From an uncultured virus (IMG/VR IMGVR_UViG_3300017758_000001) (taxonomy: Duplodnaviria > Heunggongvirae > Uroviricota > Caudoviricetes), in IMG/VR virus record IMGVR_UViG_3300017758_000001: 64,000 bases of DNA; one strand, given 5' to 3'. Of this stretch, positions 58,401 to 64,000 are shown piece after piece; within the stretch, counting starts at the first letter, position 1, and the number at the start of each line of letters is the position of its first letter. Under the pieces are notes generated by a model. The model ran no database searches. It saw only the letters and a program-made list of their open reading frames with translations, and was not told the DNA's origin. The translations under genes were made by a program, and so were the position numbers.

Positions 58401-61400
58401 GATGATGTAGGATCAGGTGTGGAAGTTGGTCCAGCAATATCTACATCCACATCAAAGTCACAATTTGGTGTTGGACTTGGAGTTGGACTAGGACTTGCTG
58501 ATGGGTCGGGAGCTTTAGTTGATCCAGGTGTTGGTGTTGGTGAAGCAGTGGGATCAGGTGTTGATGATGCTGTAGGGACAGGAGTCTCTGTTGGTGTAGG
58601 GACAGGTGTAGAAGTTGGGTTAGGTGTGGAAGTTGGGTTAGGTGTAGGGTCAGGAGTACTACTCGCAGTAGGATTAGGTGTAACTGTCGCTGTTGGTTCT
58701 GGTGTACCAGTTAATGTTGGTAAAGGTGTGGGGTTAGGACTTGCATTTGGTGTGGTACTTGGTGTGGGGTTAGGAGTCTCTGTTGGTAATGGAGTCTCAG
58801 TACCAGTTAAAGTTGGTGTTGGTGCAGGTGTTGCTGTAGGTTCTGCGGTAGCAGTAGGTGTTATCGTATCTGTACATATACCTAATATACTATGAGTTAT
58901 TTGTTCTGAATATGTTACTGACTTTATTTCATAACAGTCTTTACCAGGTGATAAGTACTCACCTGATTGTTGACCTTGTATCGGTTCAAGTTGTACTATT
59001 TCACCTATACTGTAGGAATTATCATATAAAATAAAAAGTTCATCTCCGTCGGTGTAGTGTTCACCTATGAAGGCATTTAGATCTTTACATTCAGTTTCGT
59101 AGATTGGTCTTTTTAAATCTTCGACTTCGGGTGCATCCACACAATCTATTTGATCTTGATAGTATTGTTGGGAACTTAAGTCTAAATTTTCGAATAATTG
59201 TTCATTATATTCAACCAATACTTGATCATCTCCGTCACCATTAAATAAGATTACGTCGGTACAACAATCTGTAGATATGTTTGTTACATCATTTGGTATT
59301 CCATTTGTAACTGTACTTGGAGCATTAAAGACTGCAGTAACATTTAAATGATAAAATAAATCTCTTTGACAATAATCTAAATCTAAGGAAGTAACCTCAA
59401 TAGGAAACCCTAATTCATTTATTAGTAAATCACCTTTACTATAATAATCCACTCCATAATTACAACATGGTTCTACGGGATCAGGTGGTCTAACTGTTAA
59501 CTCCTCAGGATATTTTTCGGTAAACTCCCAATGGTCACCAACCTTAGTCATCACTCTTAATTTAGAGTTAGGTAAAACCTTAAATCTGTCGTTAATTACG
59601 TTAACTTTAGTAGACCCTAAACAATCTTTATTATCTACCTCAACAGTCAAGTAAGTATAACTAAATGAATACCCACTTAATACCGAATTTGTAAAATCAC
59701 TTGAACTAAATGGACAGTCTAAATATTGTCCTGATAGTAACCTATCACCTATGGTTACATCCTCAACGTCGATTAACTCTAAGGTATTATCTGCAAAGTA
59801 ATTTTGTACATCAACCCATGTATTCTCATCATCTATGATAATACCATTATTGACTTTGATTACTTTAGTATTTTGTTTTAAACCATAATCAAATGTTTGT
59901 CTATACTGAACAGTAGGATGTATTGTGTATCCCGAAAAATTATCACAGAACGTTATCCCACTAATAATATTCGCGGGATCATGTGTTGGATATTCCTCCC
60001 CCTCCAAATAACTGTCAATTTGGTATTGGAAGAAGTGACTTCTCGATGTTGTTACATCATCACCATCTACGGGGTCCCACTCAAATTTTTGTTGTAGTCC
60101 GTCTATTCTTACTTTTTGATCACAGTTTGCAGCATCGGTTATTGTAATATCAATAACATCGTATTCTCTTACATTTCTTACTACAAAAGTACATCCTGAT
60201 ACCCATTCTACTGTTTGGTCACTTTGAAGAGTAGTGTTTCCTGAAATGGATTCGTTATACCCACCAACACAATTTATAAAGATATTGGTCGGCCAAGTAG
60301 TATTATATGGAGGACAATCAGTACATGCGTCACCATCATCAATAATATCTTCATTACCAAATGTTATTCCCGAAACCTCGAAAAATACGTCTTCTACCAA
60401 ACAACAGTTGTCTTCGTCTTCAGGTAAAGTGTACATAGTATCAGGACCATAAACATTTACTTGTGGGTTACAACATGTTGTACCTGTTAAATAAGACGTA
60501 TCAAAATAAAAGTCAAATGTGTCACCATCTAAACATTCAATGTTAGCTTCAGTTGTACATGTATTGTCCGTATATAATGGAACATCATATTTAATTGGGA
60601 TTACACTTATCTTTTTAATCCCATCGACATCCGTAAATATTTTATATGTTAATATTGGTGTTACTTCACAAGAATAGGATTCACCATTTGTTTGTAATTC
60701 ACTTAAATAGTTTGTCTCTGTTTGTGTGTTCCCACTTAATTGGTAATCAACCCAACCCGCATGATTGCTAATATCTCCACCATATGTTCCATCACTATAA
60801 AATGTTTTTCTATAATATTGGTTATTAATTTGGTTATCTATGATATTTTGTACTTCATCAATCCAAAGACATTCTAGTATCTCTCTTTGTGGTTTCAAAT
60901 GACATTTAAAATCACATGTTAGTGGTAAATGAATTGTTTTATTAAATGGTACTCCATCAAAATCTGAACTCAGTAATGTTGAACATTCAGAATTTACAGG
61001 GTATGGGTCAAATAAACCCGCGTGTGTGTAGTTACCACTACAAACATCTACCGTCTGAATATTTTGTGTCTCACCACTTAAACTCAATAGGTTATTTGCA
61101 CTATACGTTGTTCCATTAAAATCAATATGTAATGAATATGTTACCCCACTAACCACAGTCAGACCTCTGAATACATCAGGATCACCTAAAACTGTCTCTA
61201 AATCTTCTTCAATTGCCAATTCAAAATCAGGGAAAAGGTTTTCTGTAAACTCAGTAATTCTACACGGTTTCTTATATTGGTATTTTGATCTACCTAAATT
61301 ATGATTTTCGATGATATTACCACCCGTCCATAATGTTGTTGCAGGAATGAACTGTTCAATTAATTGTACCCAATAAGGACTTATTTTATTAATAAATTCA

Positions 61401-63589
61401 CTTACAGTTGGGTTACTATATGGGTTAGGTACTTTTTCTAAGTAACTTGTGTAGATGTCCTCTAACTGTATATAACTCTTTTGGTATTTTACAGTATGAG
61501 AATTTCTTATTTGTTCGTTTAAAACTTGGTCAATGTATTCCGCGAAAGTAAAACCTGTTTGTGGTTCTAAAGTGTTAGTACCAAAACTTACTTGTAACTC
61601 TCTTGATTTTCTATAAACATCGTGGTCAAGTGCTTGTGCAGAAGAAATATAAACTTGTATGTTTTTTCTGTTTAGTGTTTGTGAATCTATATCACCTAAA
61701 AGTTCTGTTTTATCGTTATCAACTTTATTATGTAATTCATAACCATAATCTAAACCATCAAACTGTCTATATAAATCAAAGTAATCTTCACCCCAAGTAT
61801 AATCTTTATTTTTTGTCTTTATTACTTTAGGTGATGATTGTAGATCTGAATTTTCATTATCTAATTCTAAAGAAGATCTATGTTCTAATGTAATATCATA
61901 CCAACCCGCACCTTTTTCAAAAAAGACATCGTTCTTTTCACTTATAATTTGTTGTACATCACCATATGTGGTACTACCACTACTTTGTACCTCGATTGGA
62001 AACTCAGTCTCTCCGTAATTTGTAACACCTGTTGTAATTACATTTTTATATGCAAAACCAGTAGTTTCTAATTCAGCAATACTAAATGTCTTTTCGTCCT
62101 GAATAAGATCATATATATCACTATCAATATCAGACGTTGTCTTTTTTACAGTATCATATTCGTAAACATACTCATCAATCTTAATTAAAGGTTCGGGTGC
62201 ACCTAAGAATCTTAAAAAGAATTCAATTGCATTTCTTGTACCTTTGGATTTATAGATGTGTGCGAGATTTACTAATACTCTTCTGTAGAATTCTATTTCT
62301 GCTTCAACTACGTTTTTACCAAGACCAACACCTTCGTACTGACTATCAATTCTTGAATAAAGGATGTCCTCTAAAGATTTATCATCAAAAAGTTTAACAT
62401 CACTTAATCCAAGTGTGTTTGATAAATTTTTAAGAAGTACATCAGGAACGTTATTAATACCATCATAACTTACATTTCTCATGTGAGCGACGTTATCAAT
62501 AAATTTTTTGATAGAATCAAAACTCTGTCCGTATAGTTTAAAAATAGACGCGATCCTTTGATCAGGTGTGTCAAATTCATTGAGAGAGGCAGTAGTTAAA
62601 AATCTAACAATTAAATTTGATTTATAGTTGTCTATTTCTTGACCAACATCACTTAGTTTTCTTATGTAATCCACATAAGCGTTACCTGTGATTTTAATGT
62701 TCCAACCATCTTTAAAGATTGGCCATGGAAACCTCAACGTTTTGTTTTCGGTTTTACTACCATCTAAAGAATCTTGTGGAACAACGAATTTTGATGTGTA
62801 CTTAGGTGTCGACTCTCGGTTTAATAATACTGACTCTAAATCATCTAAGTTTTGGAAAAACTCCTCAACTACCGAATCAATGGGTCTAATTAGAAAACTT
62901 TCATCATAGGTTGATGTAGTAAATGGTTTTCCTTTCACTTTTAAAGTAATCAGACCATCACTATCAACCTCAGTAAAACTTACAACATCATATGTTTTAC
63001 CTTGAATATCTAAAGTATACTTGTTAAAGAATTCGAAAAAGTTTTTAAACTTATTTTCTACTTCAGGTTGAGTATTACTTTTAGGTTTTACAATTTTAAC
63101 ATCTAATGGGTTGAAAATTTTAGAATTCTCAAACTTAAATGTCGTTTCGTATGTTTTATTGTTATATACTATATTCTCTGCAGTATATTGAGATGCCGAT
63201 ATTGGGGTATCTTTATCAATGTAAAACCCTGCAGGGAATTTTTTAATTATTCTACCAATTGATACGGATATTCTTTCTTTTAGTGATCCGTATAATGATT
63301 TACTACCGTTATCTTTTGATGAATTGAACTTAACGTCATTACTTTTAGAAGACCCACCCGAAGTTGTTTTTGGTGCATCAACCTCTTCTTTTAAATCATC
63401 AAGTGTTAAGTATTCTGAAAAGGGATTAGTCTTAAACTTTTTAGTGTCTCTTTGTGGTAATGTTTTTTCTACAGAAAAGTTAGTCGCAGTAAGTTGGCTT
63501 GACCCGTCGGTAATCTGTTTACCGACTAAGTTATCATTAAAGGTTTCCCTTCCACTAGCCGCTTGACTTGGAACTTTTCTTTTCGCCAT
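55496..63589 (-). CDS. Baseplate wedge-like protein fused to a ~950-aa Pro/Ser/Thr stalk (2697 aa)
   Basis: [22 protein letters not shown] resembles the P2 gpI-type KGT wedge motif; Cys-rich middle; 15 NCDFD motifs. Confidence 0.78.
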   Translation of the reverse strand: MAKRKVPSQAASGRETFNDNLVGKQITDGSSQLTATNFSVEKTLPQRDTKKFKTNPFSEYLTLDDLKEEVDAPKTTSGGSSKSNDVKFNSSKDNGSKSLYGSLKERISVSIGRIIKKFPAGFYIDKDTPISASQYTAENIVYNNKTYETTFKFENSKIFNPLDVKIVKPKSNTQPEVENKFKNFFEFFNKYTLDIQGKTYDVVSFTEVDSDGLITLKVKGKPFTTSTYDESFLIRPIDSVVEEFFQNLDDLESVLLNRESTPKYTSKFVVPQDSLDGSKTENKTLRFPWPIFKDGWNIKITGNAYVDYIRKLSDVGQEIDNYKSNLIVRFLTTASLNEFDTPDQRIASIFKLYGQSFDSIKKFIDNVAHMRNVSYDGINNVPDVLLKNLSNTLGLSDVKLFDDKSLEDILYSRIDSQYEGVGLGKNVVEAEIEFYRRVLVNLAHIYKSKGTRNAIEFFLRFLGAPEPLIKIDEYVYEYDTVKKTTSDIDSDIYDLIQDEKTFSIAELETTGFAYKNVITTGVTNYGETEFPIEVQSSGSTTYGDVQQIISEKNDVFFEKGAGWYDITLEHRSSLELDNENSDLQSSPKVIKTKNKDYTWGEDYFDLYRQFDGLDYGYELHNKVDNDKTELLGDIDSQTLNRKNIQVYISSAQALDHDVYRKSRELQVSFGTNTLEPQTGFTFAEYIDQVLNEQIRNSHTVKYQKSYIQLEDIYTSYLEKVPNPYSNPTVSEFINKISPYWVQLIEQFIPATTLWTGGNIIENHNLGRSKYQYKKPCRITEFTENLFPDFELAIEEDLETVLGDPDVFRGLTVVSGVTYSLHIDFNGTTYSANNLLSLSGETQNIQTVDVCSGNYTHAGLFDPYPVNSECSTLLSSDFDGVPFNKTIHLPLTCDFKCHLKPQREILECLWIDEVQNIIDNQINNQYYRKTFYSDGTYGGDISNHAGWVDYQLSGNTQTETNYLSELQTNGESYSCEVTPILTYKIFTDVDGIKKISVIPIKYDVPLYTDNTCTTEANIECLDGDTFDFYFDTSYLTGTTCCNPQVNVYGPDTMYTLPEDEDNCCLVEDVFFEVSGITFGNEDIIDDGDACTDCPPYNTTWPTNIFINCVGGYNESISGNTTLQSDQTVEWVSGCTFVVRNVREYDVIDITITDAANCDQKVRIDGLQQKFEWDPVDGDDVTTSRSHFFQYQIDSYLEGEEYPTHDPANIISGITFCDNFSGYTIHPTVQYRQTFDYGLKQNTKVIKVNNGIIIDDENTWVDVQNYFADNTLELIDVEDVTIGDRLLSGQYLDCPFSSSDFTNSVLSGYSFSYTYLTVEVDNKDCLGSTKVNVINDRFKVLPNSKLRVMTKVGDHWEFTEKYPEELTVRPPDPVEPCCNYGVDYYSKGDLLINELGFPIEVTSLDLDYCQRDLFYHLNVTAVFNAPSTVTNGIPNDVTNISTDCCTDVILFNGDGDDQVLVEYNEQLFENLDLSSQQYYQDQIDCVDAPEVEDLKRPIYETECKDLNAFIGEHYTDGDELFILYDNSYSIGEIVQLEPIQGQQSGEYLSPGKDCYEIKSVTYSEQITHSILGICTDTITPTATAEPTATPAPTPTLTGTETPLPTETPNPTPSTTPNASPNPTPLPTLTGTPEPTATVTPNPTASSTPDPTPNPTSTPNPTSTPVPTPTETPVPTASSTPDPTASPTPTPGSTKAPDPSASPSPTPSPTPNCDFDVDVDIAGPTSTPDPTSSPTPDPTTTPVPTPSPSPSPSPSVTPNCDFDVDIEIAAPTPTPSPSPSPSATPNCDFDIDVDIATPTPTPSPSPSPSPTPTPSPSPSVTPNCDFDVDVDIATPTPTPSPNPSPSPTQTGLPTPTPSPSPSPSPSPSPNCDFDVDVDIATPTPTPSITALPTETPQPTSSQTPSPTQTGLPTPTPSPSPSPSPSPSPSVTPNCDFDIDVDIATPTPTPSPSPSPSPSPSVTPNCDFDVDIDIAAPTPTPTPSPSPSVTPNATPNPSASPTPSPSPSATPNCDFDIDVDIATPTPTPSPSPSPSPSPSPSPSPTQTGLPTPTPSPSPSPSPSPSSTPNCDFDVDVDIATPTPTPSISPSPTFSATPAPTPEATVTPPSTQNPTPTPSPSPSPSPSPSATPNCDFDVDIDIATPTPTPSPSPSPTSSPSPTPSPSPSPSPSPSPSPSPSPSPSPSVTPNCDFDIDVDIATPTPTPDPTSSPTPSPSPSPSVTPNATPNPSPSPSPSPSPSVTPNATPNPTSSPTPSPSPSPSVTPNCDFDIDVDIATPTPTPSPSPSPSPSPSPSVTPQPTPNPTSSPTPSPSPSPSPSVTPNCDFDVDVDIATPTPTPSPSPSPSPSPSPTPSDTPRPTETPDPTASPTPSITPNATASPTPSPTPTPSPSPSPSPSPSPSVTPNCDFDVDVDIATPTPTPSPSPSPSPSPSPSPTPSLTPDPTASPTPSPSPSPSPSSSPTPTPSPSPSPSPSPSPSPTPNCDFDVDVDIATPTPTPSPSPSPSPSTTPRPTETPTPTPSPSPSPSPSPSPSPSPTPSPTPSPTAVDCPPDCGTQIYKNSYVPTGSTPNVSSIKDLGGYCNETREGDIVRSTDGKEWVYNIDDCVVYYRTYSGGVGSSCIGEHVIPVGTEVSSFDHTEGTLTPIGTNRLFDTGIRYIDTDNKAIAIIVEWNNVLTQVERVWILCDCSFEGEVTENFEEG
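55960..58865 (-). repeat. Low-complexity (P-S/T)n region with 15 NCDFD[VI]D[VI][DE]IA motifs
   Basis: Counted from the translation; DNA variants of gcaatatctacatcaacatcaaaatcacaatt. Confidence 0.9.
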
Positions 63590-64000
63590 TATTGAGTGAT
63601 ATCATCAAAGTTTTTAGTTTCATCGATTTCGTCCCTTTCTTCTCTAACTTCAAATAGTGTTTCATTGAACTCATCTTTGATCTCAAACAAGTTAAATTGT
63701 TTGTAAATATTGTTACTTCCATCGTAGATCGTGTATATACCATCAGACACTGATTTAGATTGGTTACCGTATAATGCGTATGCCAAAGTAGTGTCGTCAT
63801 GTTCAACCATATCAACTTCAATAGTTGTTGGATTGAAAAAGGTATTTGATAATACAATGTTTTGTGATGGTTCACCAATGAACGGAATCGTATTTGGTCT
63901 GTTCGATGGTGCCGATGAAGGAGTAACTGTTAAAAATAACAAATTTGTTGACTGATCAGTATATTGATACCTGATTGCCTTTTGACTTGAATTAGTCAAA
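63589..64000 (-). CDS. 3' end of a probable structural gene (5' part outside the window)
   Basis: Frame open to the window edge; stop overlaps the ATG of the 2697-aa gene. Confidence 0.7.
   Translation of the reverse strand, partial: LTNSSQKAIRYQYTDQSTNLLFLTVTPSSAPSNRPNTIPFIGEPSQNIVLSNTFFNPTTIEVDMVEHDDTTLAYALYGNQSKSVSDGIYTIYDGSNNIYKQFNLFEIKDEFNETLFEVREERDEIDETKNFDDITQ

Noticed and set aside
56120..58470. CRISPR-like pattern of ~35-nt repeats with variable spacers
   Set aside because: Repeats vary mainly at synonymous positions, stay in one reading frame, and the spacers are low-complexity PS/PT codons; no cas genes
56505..58895. Long plus-strand Gly/Val-rich ORFs (463 aa, 232 aa; likewise 42635, 47748)
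   Set aside because: Antisense shadows of the Pro/Thr/Ser repeats
36549..64000. Eukaryotic or NCLDV origin suggested by mucin-like and Cys-rich proteins
   Set aside because: Contiguous with sigma70, NusG, ClpP, DnaG-type primase, bacterial promoters/terminators and tail-type genes

Overview
A 64-kb segment of a large AT-rich dsDNA tailed (jumbo-type) phage genome; nearly all genes are on the minus strand. A Bacteroidota (probably flavobacterial) host is inferred from the phage sigma factor, ClpP, Hc1-like protein, SprB-like repeats and a TTG-N19-TAnnTTTG promoter. Layout: (i) 1-14.1 kb, tail-fibre module, including a >2350-codon fibre gene (1..7064) missing from the ORF track; (ii) 14.1-36.5 kb, host-takeover, replication and envelope genes (glutaredoxin, thioredoxin, AAA ATPase, NusG, Dam-type MTase, PAP2 phosphatase, Hc1, putative internal head proteins, degenerate amidase, sigma70-family factor, ClpP, SbcC/SbcD, two cytidylyltransferases, PD-(D/E)XK nuclease, primase, RuvC); (iii) 36.5-64 kb, baseplate-like genes flanking a tandem array of nine Cys-rich modular genes. 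Most notable: Pro/Thr/Ser mucin-like stalks punctuated by 23 copies of NCDFD[VI]D shared by three genes, combined with paralogous N-terminal domains and interchangeable tips (cadherin, SprB, FN3, cupredoxin, Asp-box, 6-Cys); a probable -1 frameshift at an A10 run adding a 113-aa Pro/Thr tail to a membrane protein; two promoter classes (TTKACW-17-TAyWWW vs RTATTTAT); a candidate sRNA/attenuator before primase; and an apparent SbcD-to-SbcC domain transfer. No tRNA, rRNA, CRISPR array or mobile element was recognised. All product calls come from motif recognition, not database searches.
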